A stretch of DNA of 64,000 nucleotides from Eledone cirrhosa (taxonomy: Eukaryota): the NCBI GenBank assembly GCA_964016885.1, contig OZ024750.1, forward strand, positions 17,732,001-17,796,000. The letters are read 5' to 3'. Below, one piece after another: positions 14,261-27,065 of this stretch; positions within the stretch are counted from its first letter, which is position 1, and each line of letters starts with the position of its first letter. The position numbers and the translations under genes were made by a program. Under the pieces are notes generated by a model. The model had not been told where the DNA came from. It made no database searches and saw nothing but the letters and a program-made list of their open reading frames with translations.

Positions 14261-16803
14261 ATATATATATATATATATATAAAGGGAAAACGTGGGAAAA
14301 GACTTGCACACTCAATCACACACCACAACAATGGGCACTGGAGTTTCCCCCTAATGTTTGAGGCAAGCCACACGCTCGTAGCATTGCCGTGGGTGATAGC
14401 GAGTATAAGTCGCTGAAATAGCCAAGTACCCTCGCGGGCATAACATAATACTCCAGTATGGAGAGCTGCCAACAACAAGAACCACGTTGTCATCGGCCCA
14501 GCTCAATTAAACGTCTAGAAAAAATAGTTTTCCCATAATTCCTGGTATTTTAGAAAATGTTATTCTGTTCGGCTACGAATGAACACTATATTAAATAAAG
14601 AATACACTGAGTAATGTTGCCCCAGACTTTTCGTGATAGCTGACCTGGGGCTAAACAACAACAATCATTTTTATCTGTCGATTTCATTTGATATGATAAA
14701 CGATCGTTCATCGGAAACCATATAGGAAATGGATACTTCAAATATGTTAGACTCAAATTCTAAACTGTTATGACGTTAAAAATATATTCATAAAAATAAA
14801 AAAAAACACTTCTTTTAAAACTGTTTCACTTCGTTTAAAATTAAAACTTGCTGAATATTTTCGTACACCATATTTTTATTGAATTGGCAAAGCCGTTAGA
14901 CATCAGGTAGAATGCTTTGTAGTATTCGTTATGGCTGTCCGCGCTCTGAGTTCAAATCCAGCCAAGGTTAACTTTGCCTTTCATCCTTACGTGGTCGATA
15001 AAATAAAACACCAGTAATGCACTGTAGTCAATTTAATCGACCCCCCCCCCCCAAATTGTTGATCTTGTGCCTAAATCAGAAACTATTATTATTTCATTTC
15101 AAATCCTGCCGAGGATAACTTTCTTTGCCTTTCATCCTAACGGGGTCGATAAAATAAAGTACCAGTAATGCACTGGGATAATTGCTGGCCTTGTGCCAAA
15201 AGTAGAAACAATTATTTCATTTCTGATAAATAAAAGAAATTTATTCATAGGTTTTCATTATTCCACTGACGTGGTATTTCACCTTTTATTGAAATAAATC
15301 AATTAAAAATTGATGTGATTGATTCCGTGGAAGTTAAGACCGAGCAGGAAAAGGGGTTCTAGGGAGCTGGGAGCTAGCACCTGATGAGGAGACATGTTAT
15401 GTTATACAGTCTATTTACCTGTGATACTAACACCGTACCAATAAATAGGGGACAACACAGGCAGTTAATTTATTTCTAAGTGGAACTACTTAGTTGATTA
15501 AGAATGTGTTGTTAAGATACTATTGTATATTATTGGCCAGAATTGAAGTGTTGTGACCAACTTTAACCTAGTTTTAACTTGAATCTTCTGTTAATGGCCA
15601 GAATTGTACTGTTTGTCAGCTTTAACCTACTTTTAACTTTAATCTGGCCAGAATTTTAATGTTATGGTCAGTTTAAGCCTAGTTTTAACTTGGTCCTTCT
15701 GTAACCCAACTCTATGGAATGAACTTCTGCTGTCTGCACAAACTGCACCATCTGTCAGTTTTCAGATTAAATCTGAAGACTTAATTTTTCAGGAAATTCC
15801 ACCAGTGAATTGCCTTCAAAATCTTAGTGTTGTATGTATGATGGATATAGGTGTTTTATTATTATTTGGCACTAGGTTAGTGGATTGGTTGAAAATTATA
15901 ATTGACAACATTGAATATCTAAAAATCTTTGTGATTGGTGTTAGGAAGAGGGTTAAGAAGGGAATCCAAATAAAGGGTTGCATCAATGACATGACAACTC
16001 CTCTAGTGTTGGTACCATGGTAAAGTGCACCCAATACACTTAGTAAAGTGGTTGGTGATGGGAAGAACATCCAGCCATAGATAACTTGCCAAACAAAGGA
16101 TTAATAAGGCCGTTCAGTTGTGTGAAGGACAACTTCCTTGTTGCTGGTACCACAGGAAAATACACCCAGTACACTCTGTAAAGTGGTTGGTGATATGAAA
16201 GGTATCTGATGACTGTAGAAACCATGCCAAAACCAGAACGTTTGTTAACAAGATGTTACCTTCAACCCATCTGTGAGAACAGCAGCTTTGATTACACAAT
16301 GGCTTGGTCTGTGATGATCCTTCTAACCCATGCCAAACATAGAAGAATAGATGTTAAATGATGGTAAAGTGACAGAATCTACAAGAACAATACAATGAAG
16401 GACTTGTGGGGAAAGAATCTACCATAAGGACATCCTACATTAGTACAAGACAAACTGACTGGGCAAACACCTACTTCTGTATCCATTTTATATTATTCAT
16501 TACATTTGTTAGGATATATATATTGATCTCATATTGAGTATCTATCATTGAAATAGCAAAGTGTATCTATTGATCTCATATTAAATACCTGTTGATTGTA
16601 ATAGCAGGGGATATCTTTGTTGATATTTTATTATCATTGATTGGAAGAGCAGAGGATATCTCAATTGATCTCATTGATTACCTATGATTGGAATAGCAGG
16701 GGTATCTCTGTTGATCTCATATTTATTACCATTCATTGGAATAACAAAAGATATTTCTTGATCTTATATTGATTACTTTGGTTTCAAATATCAATAGATA
16801 TTT

Positions 16804-17147
16804 GGAGGCACATGGCTTACTGGTTAGAGCATTGGCCTTGCAATCGAAAGGTTGTGAGTTCAATTCTCAGACCGGGTGATGTGTTGTTTCCTTGAGCAAG
16901 ACACTTTATTTCACATTGCTCCAGTTTACTCAGCTGTAGAAATGAGATAATAAGGACTGGAGTCCCTATCATTCCACTGCAAAGTGGTCGTGGAGGTGCC
17001 ACGGCAAAAAAGCACCCAGCACTCACTGTAAATGAGGTTGGTGTTAGGAAGGGCATTCAGCTGTAGAAATCAAGCCAGAATCAGTTCCCGTCCCACCCTT
17101 GCAAGCAGGGAAAAAGCGGACGTAAAATGAAATGATGATGATGATGA
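16804..17147 (+). mobile_element. Young full-length tRNA-derived SINE (A/B boxes, CORE-like segment, (GAT)n tail)
   Basis: A-box-like tggcttactgg, B-box gagttcaattc, and tccttgagcaagacacttt. Near-identical copies at 20831 and 51987. Confidence 0.85.
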
Positions 17148-17611
17148 AGAATATATTGAATATATGTCAGAGATTAGGTTGGAAGTTTACTCAACATCAT
17201 CAACATTAACTAATTTAAAATGATTGCTATGGAGTGACCATCATTATCACCATCATATGTCTGTTCTCCATGTTGGCATGGGTCAAACAAGTCATCCATG
17301 GATGGATATACGTCCTAATGTCAACTATTTTACAGTCTACTGGGTGCATTTCGTTACGATACCAGCTCTACCATTTTATAGAGTGTACTGGGTGCATTAT
17401 ATAGTGACACCAATACTACGATGTTGGCCAGACTGGAAAGTCCTCTCTACCTTAAAATGTATCTGTTTGATTTCCAACCATGTCACAGTGTACTTGGTGT
17501 ATTTAATCATGTCACCAACACGAGAAAACTTGTCAAGTCCTTGAGAGGACCAAAGAGTCTACTCTGCTCTTCTTATAATAACTGTTTTATTATATTATTT
17601 TATTGCTTTAA

Positions 17612-17818
17612 CCCTTTAGCATTTAAACTGGCCAGAATTCTCTCACCCTTTCTGTTCAAACCGGCCATAACTGGCCACTCATATTGATGTTAAGGTATTG
17701 TTCTCAAAATAAATATCAAAATCTCATAGATTCGATATTATGTGAGATAAATAGGTGAGGTAAAGCCTTTACTGCGAAAATACAATAGTAAATATAGAGT
17801 AATGTAAATGCTAAAGGG
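17612..17818 (+). mobile_element. piggyBac-type MITE, family A
   Basis: TTAA|CCCTTTAGCATTTA...TAAATGCTAAAGGG|TTAA, ending 46 bp before exon 2. Confidence 0.85.
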
Positions 17819-17864
17819 TTAATGTATATTTAAAATCATTTCTTTTCTGGTTTCTTTTTTGTAG

Positions 17865-17963
17865 ATTTTATATGAGGTTCACAATGTTTATATTGACATA
17901 GCTCTGTTGGAATCTAATGAAAATGATGCACACATACCTGGCAAGTTTTACTTTGTTCAAAAG
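17865..17963 (+). CDS. TBC1D15: TBC1D15 exon 2 (ILYEVHNVYIDIALLESNENDAHIPGKFYFVQK)
   Basis: Polypyrimidine tract plus tag acceptor, AAG|gtaaga donor, 99 nt. Resembles the TBC1D15 N-terminus. Confidence 0.88.
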
Positions 17964-18244
17964 GTAAGATTGTTTACTTTATGTTCTGCATTTTCACAGT
18001 GCAGTTGGAGTGACTTGAGTCATAATAGTTGCATTTTAATAGTACAGTGGCGTGGCTAGAGTAATATTAGTACTCACTGTAAATGAGGTTGGTGTTAGGA
18101 AGGGCATCCAGCTATAGAAATCAAGCCCAAATCTGTTCTGTATGAGCAAGACATGGTCACCTGACCTGGCATTGCCCACAACAGGACAACCTGTCTAACC
18201 CATGCTAGCATGGAAGAATGGACGTAAAACGATGATGATGATTT

Positions 18245-18545
18245 GTATAGTGCAGTAGAGTACTAGAACAAACTACTGCATCTGTATATTGTTGGAGTGC
18301 TAGAACCAACTGCTACATCTGTACAGTACAGGAAGTGGCTGGTAACAAATACTATATCTGTAGAGTGCAGGAAGTGGCTGGTGTGTCAAACACTACATCT
18401 GTATAGTGCAGGGAGTGACTGGTGTAACAATTAGTGCATCCACATACAGAGTGCAGGAAGTAGCTGGTGTATCAGTATATACATCTGTATAATGCAGGAA
18501 GTGGCTGGTGTAACAACTATTGCATCTATAGTGCAGGGGTGTGGT
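18245..18545. repeat. About 42-bp degenerate tandem repeat
   Basis: Unit tagtgcaggaagtggctggtgtaacaa..tacatctg. Confidence 0.75.
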
Positions 18546-18619
18546 ACATGTTTCAGCCATTTTGCCTTACCTGACTTTTCTTTGGAGCCCATTAATGGTT
18601 ACCCCTAGGTTTGTGATTA

Positions 18620-18950
18620 CTTTCTCCAATTTCTACTACTTATTCCACAGGCTGTCCTTCCAGCAGATCCTGTTAAAAGCAATCATCTCCAATTGATCCA
18701 GCTGGATCCCTAAGTGAGATTAGCTGAGCTCATGGAAGGGTCTCCTACTGGTTGGTTTTGCCTGTAAAATTTGTCCAGCGATTCTTTCCTGAGATATTCT
18801 AACCACATGTCTGGATTACTAGAGCTGCGATCTCTCAATTCAGAAATATAGCGACTCTCTGATCTCCGAGCTATGCACGCTATCGAATAATGTTACTCCT
18901 GAGACACTTTGGAGGAACCCCATTTCAGCTGCTTGTATTTGCAGATCTGA
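18620..18950 (-). mobile_element. RTE-like LINE 3' fragment
   Basis: IQAAEM.., IERSQL and SQERIAGQIL. Same family as 53327-53620. Confidence 0.6.
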
Positions 18951-19086
18951 GAAAATTTCCAGATTGTTGACCACCAAGACATTGCAATATGGCTAGACAC
19001 TTTCTCCAACTAAGAAGAAAATTTCAATTGAGAATTTATTTTTGTGTGTGTAATTTTTACAGCCTTTATTTATTTATTTATTTCCA

Positions 19087-19215
19087 CTGCTATCTGGGTG
19101 ACCAAATTAGCAGCGGAGGTGGGTGTTCTGAAAGTACAGTAGCCTTAGTGAGACCAAGATGGAAAAAGTTCAGGGAGCTACTACTACTGCTAGATACAAA
19201 AAGCTTTTCCTTTGA
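19087..19215 (+). mobile_element. RTE-clade LINE fragment
   Basis: CYLGDQISSGGGCSES...RWKKFRELL. Confidence 0.7.
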
Positions 19216-19543
19216 AATGAATGTGGTCTCCGGACCTGATTTATCACATAACGTGACAACTTGTCTAACCAATGCTAGCGTGGAAAAATAGACATTAAAT
19301 GATGATGATAGTGATGATATATACAAATTGTCAATAGTTAAACTTTTTCTGAACTTTTTGTTTACTTTTCTTTCACTTATGTTTTTTGTCCTCACCTCAT
19401 TAATCTGAACTACATTTTCTTAATTGATCTCTTAATTAACCTGTCTATTATTATCATAACAACCAAACTTTTGAAGCTACTGTTTACAGAACCACCATGA
19501 TATAGATTATTGTTACAATATATAATGGCAGTGCGAGTGTTAA

Positions 19544-19758
19544 CCCTTTAGCATTTAAATTGGCCATATCTGGCCAGAATTCTCTCATGTCTTTCTATTC
19601 AAACTGGCTATAACTGGCTGCTGATGTTAAGGTTTTGTTCTCAAAATAAATAACATCAAAATCTCATAGATTCGATATTATGTGAGATAATTATGTAAGG
19701 TAAAGCCTTTACCACAAGGATACAATAGTAAATATAGAGTAATGTAAATGCTAAAAGG
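19544..19758 (+). mobile_element. piggyBac-type MITE, family A
   Basis: TTAA flanks, same TIR and internal sequence. Confidence 0.85.
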
Positions 19759-20781
19759 TTAAGGTGATGGACTACTGATTTTAGGATATGAAACCTTACT
19801 GCTAGCATCATTGTTTTGAGTCCCTGGAGCAAAGTACATAAATCTGCTTGACGCAGACTGTCAATTTTATCTGTTTAATTTTTAACCATGTAGTCAGGGA
19901 TGGAAGGGTAGCATACATGATCTATTTTCTTCAGGGCCTCCAACACTGGTTGGAGGAAGGGAAGGGGTTATCTGGATATCTGGCTCAAAAACTTCAGAGT
20001 AAATCTGCTAAAGATCCCTAAGGACCATATGGTGGTGTTAAACAAGGAGACAGATTAAGTCTACCACCTAAAAATTGAGAATGCAAATAGCTGGAACATA
20101 TATTACAGGGGATTTCATCCAATATTCTTATAACTCCTCCAATCCACTACTTTGGACTGAGTGAGTTCTGCTAAAGACCCCCAAAGACCAGGTGGTGGTG
20201 TGAAACTTAGTGATGGAATGTAAGTTTATCACAGTAGGTCTCCAATCCACCACCCTTGACTGAGTGAATTATACTAAAGCCCCCAAGGATGTGGAATGGT
20301 GATGTGAAACTGGGTGATGGGCTGTAAGTTTATCACAGTAGGTCTCCATTCAGTTCAGTTATTGACAGTAAGAAGGGTTTGTAGATGTAACAACAAATGA
20401 CTGCTCCAATAAGATAGAAATGCATAAAAAATCTGTATCTATATCAAATCTGAGAAAAGAGTGTTTATGCACCATTACAACACCATCAGGAGTTCAGGAA
20501 AGGAAAGAAACTCCTTGATCCCTTAGTATTTAGATCTCACCTGCCCTTCGTGATAAATATATACAATGCACCATCAGCTTTCTATAGAGAGAAATATGAA
20601 GGTCAGCGAAATAATAATCAATACCTATCTAAACAATTGAAACTTTGTATGATATCATTTCATGTTTTAGCCAGTTTGGTTTGTTGGCCACAACAATTGA
20701 TTGAGGTTTATCATCATTTAACTTACTTTTCCTCTGCTAGCAAACTGATGAACATGATTATATATATATATATATATATGC

Positions 20782-20822
<41 letters not shown>

Positions 20823-20830
20823 CATATATA

Positions 20831-21163
20831 GGCACATGGTTTAGTGGTTAGAGCATTGGCCTTGCAATCGATAGGTTGTGAGTTCAATTCTCAGACCGGG
20901 TGATGTGTTGTTTCCTTGAGCAAGACACTTTATTTCACATTGCTCCAGTTTACTCAGCTGTAGAAATGAGATGATAGGGACTGGGGTCCCTATCATTCCA
21001 CTGCAAAGTGGTCGTGTAGGTGCCATGGAAAAAAAAGCACCCAGCACTCACTGTAAAATGAGGTTGGTGTTAGGAAGGGCATCCAGCTGTAGAAATCAAG
21101 CCAGAACCAGTTCCCGTCCCACCCTTGCAAGCAGGGAAAAGCGGACGTATGATGATGATGATG

Positions 21164-21165
<2 letters not shown>
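20831..21165 (+). mobile_element. Young tRNA-derived SINE, same family
   Basis: Near-identical to 16804-17147. Flanked by TA/CA microsatellite. Confidence 0.85.
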
Positions 21166-21239
<74 letters not shown>

Positions 21240-21241
21240 TA

Positions 21242-21373
21242 GGCTTTCTTGGTGATTTTCTTCGAATAAAACAGTTCTAGTCCTATAGAAGTCATTTCTA
21301 TATTAAATTTGTTGTATACACTCTATTAATGTATTGAGTACCTTACTTACTGTGGTTACCCCCGATTGAACCC
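21242..21373 (+). mobile_element. Short repeat with a degenerate hammerhead core (PLE/retrozyme-like), next to (CA)n
   Basis: ggctttc-TTGGTGA-..-AAAA-cag ttctagtc cta-TA-gaagtc. Homologous to 32051-32234. Confidence 0.5.
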
Positions 21374-21636
21374 ACACATATATATATATATATGTATATA
21401 TATATAATCATTGTCATTATTTTATACTGACATGGGTTGCTGGGTTGTCATGGTTTCATAGGTCAGATTAACCCATCTTACTAACACATTCCATATTTGG
21501 CATGGTTCTTTTGGTTGGGTGTCCTTTCAAATGCCAATTATCTCTCATGATGTACTTGATGCATCTTTTTGTGGCACCAGCACTACCACTTTACAAAGTG
21601 TACTGGATGCATTTTATTGTGGCACTGCCACTAGGG

Positions 21637-22123
21637 CAGGGGTGTGCAACATATTCCATTGGCAGGCCACTTTTGAACATTGGAACAACTATTGGGGCCA
21701 TTAATATTTATTAAGCACTATTCCAAAGATTCACCACAACTTCTTTCCCTAACATGGAACTGGGAAATTATAACATACATAACCCTATCAGTGAAGCCCT
21801 TTAGTATAGGTCAACTGGGGAAATTATAACATACATAACCCTATCAGTGAAGCCCTTTAGTATAGGTCAACTGGGGAAATTATAACACACATAACCCTAT
21901 CAGTGAAGCCCTTTAGTATAGGTCAACTGGGGAAATTATAACATACATAACCCTATCAGTGAAGCCCTTTAGTATAGGTCATCTAACAGAAAATTGTATT
22001 ACGGTTATGAAAAAAATTCTAAAGAAGCTTATAAGGTAAAAATTAAAAACGGTCATTGCGAGCCACTCTGACTGGTCTGGTGGGCCGGATTGTGGCCCAT
22101 GGGCCACCTGTTGCATGCCCTTA
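21637..22123 (+). mobile_element. Non-autonomous hAT element with an 8-bp TSD and an internal 4 x 56-bp array
   Basis: TSD CACTAGGG at 21629-21636 and 22124-22131. Imperfect TIR CAGGGGTGTGCAAC / GTTGCATGCCCTTA. Subterminal gggccggattgtggccc. Confidence 0.85.
21758..21981. repeat. 4 x 56-bp tandem repeat inside the hAT element
   Basis: Unit aactggggaaattataacatacataaccctatcagtgaagccctttagtataggtc. Confidence 0.95.
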
Positions 22124-23055
22124 CACTAGGGGTTGTTACATGCTCAGCCAGCCTGAAGGGTCTCCTCAGACCCTGTTTTGTTTCCATTCATTTGCCAACA
22201 CACACACACACCAAATAAAATGCCCCCCCCCCCCCCTCCTTCCCTACACTATAACCTGAATATTAACTTCTGCATTCATTCGGTAAATGAATGGTTTTAT
22301 GTACATTTATTTTTTCAGATTTTATTTTCATTTCCTGTCCAGACTAAAATATGCTGATTTGGGTCTCTCTCTCTCTCTCTCTCCCTCTCTCTCTCTGCCC
22401 CTCTCTCTCTCTCTCTGATAGAGGTAATAATGATATATCTTTTTTTTTTATCTCCATATAAAACAATATTTTTGTTTCAGTGTTAGAAACATGAAACATA
22501 CTTGTTTATTTAAAGTAGTAGAAGGTTGGTGGGTAGTAATAATAATAATGAAAATTGTGTACAGTGCTCAGGTGCACTATAACTCATCAAAGGTGCATGT
22601 ATAGTACATGATGAAAAAGTACCCACTCCAACCTGTCAGTTGGTTGTTTTGGTGCCACGATAAAAAAAATACCCAGTCCACACTGTAAATATGGTTGGCA
22701 TTAGGAAGGGTATCCAGACATAGAAACCAAGCCCAAAACAGTCACCTGATCTGGCTTGTCTCACAACAGGACAATTCATCTAACCCATGCTAGTGTGGAA
22801 AATGGACATTAATTGGTGATGATATACGCTCGCTTACACATACACACACACACACGTCTATACAAGCATTGATCACAAGTATTATTTGCAGTTTTGAAAG
22901 ACAGTTTAGAAAAACAATTTGCCACCAAACCAGTTCAATCCATTGATATAAACACTTTAACTTATCTATGGAACATAAAAATATATTGATTTTTCTTTAT
23001 TTTCTGTTATATGTATTTTTTATTTTATTTATTATTGTTGTTGTTGTTATTTCAG

Positions 23056-23170
23056 CCAGAAGGTTTATTTGTAGAATGGAAAGCTGAAGAAGTACCTTCT
23101 TCTGATGACCACGACTGGGCTGTGGTTGGTAATGCTGTTGGATATAAATTAGACAGACAATCAGAATCAG
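23056..23170 (+). CDS. TBC1D15: TBC1D15 exon 3 (PEGLFVEWKAEE...DWAVVG...QSES)
   Basis: tttcag acceptor, CAG|gtaaat donor, 115 nt, phase 0 to 1. Confidence 0.88.
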
Positions 23171-24400
23171 GTAAATTAAGTCTTCTTTCTCCTTCAGTTT
23201 CTTTTTCTTCATCTTCTCTCTCATCTTCTCCTCCTCATTGTCCTCTTTCTTCTTCTATACACTCATTTATTTAGACTACTGTCTTGATATCCCTGTCAGT
23301 TTTTGTGATATCTATGTTATAAATTAACTAATATCTGGAAGTTGACTCCCTTAGGATGGATATCAGCAATGGTTGAATCTGTCTTGTTATATTATATAAC
23401 GCAGAGATATGTACACTCACACACAGACTTGAAAATCAGCTAGACAGATTATATTCTGACATATTACAGATGAATCTTAACAACACTTGGAAGAGCCACA
23501 TAGAATTTTAGGATGATTTCCCAAAATTAACTCAAATAGATAGCTCAGTGAAGATTTTGATTGGCAGGCCACTGTGTGAGACATCCTGAAGAAATAGCTT
23601 CAAATCTAGCAGTATGGCAGCCAACACATTCTCAATTTAACTTAGCTTCAGCCTATTTAGACACGCTTGTTGCTATTTACATAGTTGAGATGTAAAAGTT
23701 AATGTTTTAATCTTTAACATGCTGATTTTTTTAATGAATTGCTTCCCTTGACATCTCATTATGTATTAAGGGGAGATTACTCTCTTGTAATTTTTCGCCG
23801 TCAGTGTGCTGAAGGTTAAGTTAATTTTGGTTTCTAAATTTATTACTTTAAGTTTCTCAGTTGAAATCTTGTTCCAGTTCTCTGTTGCTTCTCAAGTATT
23901 GATGTATTTAAGAAGAATATGCTTCACACGAACATGGTAACCTTCCCAGTGTTGGTGCCATGATGAAATAAACCCAGTACACCCTGGAGACAATATAGAG
24001 TAGAGAGGACTGTTTAGTGACATCAAGGACTAGACAACCTCTCTAGTGTTAGTGCCATGATGAAATAAACTCAGTGCACATCAAGAACAAGACAGCTTCG
24101 ATGTAGGGTAGAGGGGACTCTATATTTACATCAAGAACAAGACAGCCTCAATGTAGGGTAGAGAGGATTCTTCAATCTCATCAAGGATATGACAGCCTCT
24201 CTGCGCCCAGTTCACTCTGTTAAATTATCGGTGTTAAGAACAGCAAAAAAGCTGTAAAACATGTAAATGCAAGAAATAACAAAAGTGTTTTTACACTTGT
24301 TCTTTTTTCACAGCATGCCTTATAATTTAAAACTTGTTATACCTTGATGAAATTTACCTGAGACAATTTTATTAAATTATTTTATTTTTATTATTATTAG

Positions 24401-24614
24401 TGACTATAAATTCCAAAACAGAAACTCGGAAGAAGTACAACATCAGTTTTGATATCCTTGATTTAAAAAGTCTGAAGACAAATTCAGCTAATCACAGCTG
24501 GAAATATTTTATCTTCATCCTCAAAGACGGCACCACTTACCCAGCTCTACATTTTCATTCTGGTGGATCAACTGAGTTTTTCTCTCTTCTCAGTCAACAT
24601 GTCTGCATTCAAAT
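24401..24614 (+). CDS. TBC1D15: TBC1D15 exon 4 (...FDILDLKSLK...LKDGTTYPALHFHSGG...)
   Basis: ttag acceptor, AT|gtaagt donor, 214 nt, phase 1 to 2. Contains the conserved PALHFH motif. Confidence 0.92.
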
Positions 24615-25211
24615 GTAAGTTTTATTATTTTAAATTGATTATAAATACAATAATTTCTGTGATGTATGAGCAAGACTTGGTTCTTTGACCAGTCTTGTGA
24701 CGGACTGTGATGACCTGTCCAACCAATGCCAGCATGGAAAACATAAAATAATGATGAATACACTGTAAAGTGATCATGTAGGTGTCATGACAGAAAGCCC
24801 ACACTGTAAAGTCGGCGTGTAGGTATCACAACAAAAAGCACCCAGCCCACACTGTAAAGTGGTCGTGTAGGTGTCACAAAAGAAACCACCCAGTCCACAC
24901 TTTAAAGTGGTCATATAGGAGACACAACAAAAAGCACCCACCCCACACTGTAAATGTGGTTGGTATTAGGAAGGGCATGCAGCCTTACAAACCTAGCCAG
25001 AAACAGTTCTATATGAGTAAAACACGGTCAGCTGACCAAACTTGCCTCTAATGGGACATCCTGCCTAACCTATGCTAGGATATTGATGGTGATGTTGATG
25101 ATGGATGCTCTTGGAGAAGTCATAGACATTGTTCTGATGTAACAAATCTTTGTTGATTTCTATAATTTGTCACAAATCTTTATTAATTGTCATTTTCTTT
25201 GTAATTTGTAG

Positions 25212-25323
25212 GTCATCTAATGACAACCAGCTGTGGATTGTCGAAGACCATGATCCTAACATGTTATCAGAATCATTTGATAAACTGAACTTGTTCACTG
25301 ATTCTTCAGAACACTTAGTATCC
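25212..25323 (+). CDS. TBC1D15: TBC1D15 exon 5 (SSNDNQLWIV...LSESFDKLNLF...)
   Basis: gtag acceptor, TCC|gtaagt donor, 112 nt, phase 2 to 0. Confidence 0.9.
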
Positions 25324-27065
25324 GTAAGTTTAATACATCATATATTTCCCTCTCATGTCTGAATTTTGGACAGCAATGTTGTTGCCAAGGTACATTTATG
25401 TGTATGAATAAGAGACAGAAAAGTTGTTGCTAAGGTACATATGAAACTATTAATTATAGATAAAATTAGGTACATTTAAGCGTATGAATGAGAGACAGCT
25501 AAGTTATTGTCAAGGTACATATGAAACTATGAATAAGAGAGTATGCTGTGATATATTTAGGCCTATGAATGAGGAACAGTGAAGTTATTTCTATGGTACA
25601 TTTAGTCCTATGAATGAGACAGCAACTAAGAGATAGCTATGGTACATATAGGCTTGTGAATAAGAGACAGCGAGGTTATTGCCACAGTACATATGGAACT
25701 GTGAATATGAGAGTGTGCTATGTTACATTTAGGCCTATGAATAAGACAGAACAGTAATTTTTCCTAGCTAGCCATATTCTTATGGTGCTGATATCACCAT
25801 TTTACATCTGCTTTCCATGTTGTCACGGTCCAAGTCAGTCCTTATTTGGAGTTACTTATCCTTCTAGATGGGTTGGGGGACTACGTCTTGCTTCACATTT
25901 TGGCATGGTTTCCATAGCTGGATACCTTTCCTAATACCAACTACTTTACAGAGTGTACTCGGTGCATATTATCCATGGCACCATCATTAGAGAGTTGTCG
26001 AGATCTCAACAACACTAAAGTGTCCTCTCTGCCCTATGTTGTCACCATGTAGTGATCAACCACTTTACAGAGTGTACTGGGTGCTTTTTTTTTTTACCAC
26101 AGTACTAAAGAGGTTGTCATGTCTTTAACAAGACTAAAAAGTTCTCTTTACCCAGTGTTGTCTCCACTGCTCTTTGTAATATATTCTGCAGCTGTTTGGG
26201 TTTTTCAAAATTTCTTGGCCTGAAATGGAAACCTCGAAATAGGGTTGCAACCTTGGCTAAAGAGATTTTTATACTTTCAGGTTTACAAAGCCTATGGTCC
26301 TTACCCTTTGAAGAAAGCTCGTGTGAGTAACTAGGTGCATTGACCCAGCTTTCCCCCAACACTTTGCAAGGCATTAGTTCATGGCCAGCACTTTTGCACA
26401 CAGTATTCTTAATTTGCTAACTAGTTCACTCCATGAGAAAATGTTTCCATCATTCCTCTAACAGAGAATCAATAGAAAGACATATTGAAGAAATTCTTCA
26501 AGTTATAAACCATCCCTTTATTCTCTTCCATTCCAGCTTCAAACTGTTTTTGCTGCTTTATCTATATAAAGGTTTTTTTTTTGCATTGTATGTGTATGTG
26601 TGTATATATATAATGTGTGTGTGTGTAGATATATATATGTATAAATACATCATCATCATAGATTTAAGCTCTGTAAGCCAGGAAAAGGCAACCCATTTAA
26701 GTGAGTAGTCACTCTGAATAAAAACTAATACAGGGTAGAGAGGAATTTTTAGTCCAGTAAGGCAACTTTTCTAGTGCACTCTGTTCACGCCTAAAATGGT
26801 TGGTGATAGGAAGGGCATTCAGCCAATAAAACCTTGCGAAAACTATGCAAAGTATATAAATACATTTGTTAAAATAGATTATTTTGAGATATTTCAATGC
26901 AAACAGTTTTTACTTTTAAAGTTGTTTGAAATTTTGCCTCATTTCATCAAACTTAATGTCAAATCTCTTTGCAATTATTAACTTGTTTGTTTCAAAAGTG
27001 ACATTGTTTCTGTAGGTCTTTTTGCCATTTTCATCCAACATAGAAGATACCAAATATTTTGAGAA

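Noticed and set aside
14372-14406. Possible Helitron 3' hairpin end
   Set aside because: The hairpin is weak, the terminus is CGAG rather than CTRR, and there is no second copy in the window.
15381-15450. CTGATGAG followed by a gagac/gtct stem (similar partial motifs near 8501 on the minus strand and at 9237-9360)
   Set aside because: No correctly placed GAAA with pairing stems I and III, so these cannot be supported as hammerheads.
16807-16875. tRNA-like sequences at SINE heads (also 20831, 52250-52321, 44320)
   Set aside because: No proper acceptor stem, and they run directly into SINE bodies. Not tRNA genes.
21783-21962. ccctatcagtga in the 56-bp units matches part of the tet operator
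   Set aside because: Only 12 nt match, the palindromic second half is absent and there is no vector sequence. Coincidence.
26117-26401. 94-aa minus-strand ORF in intron 5
   Set aside because: No recognisable motifs, non-ATG start and no supporting exons.
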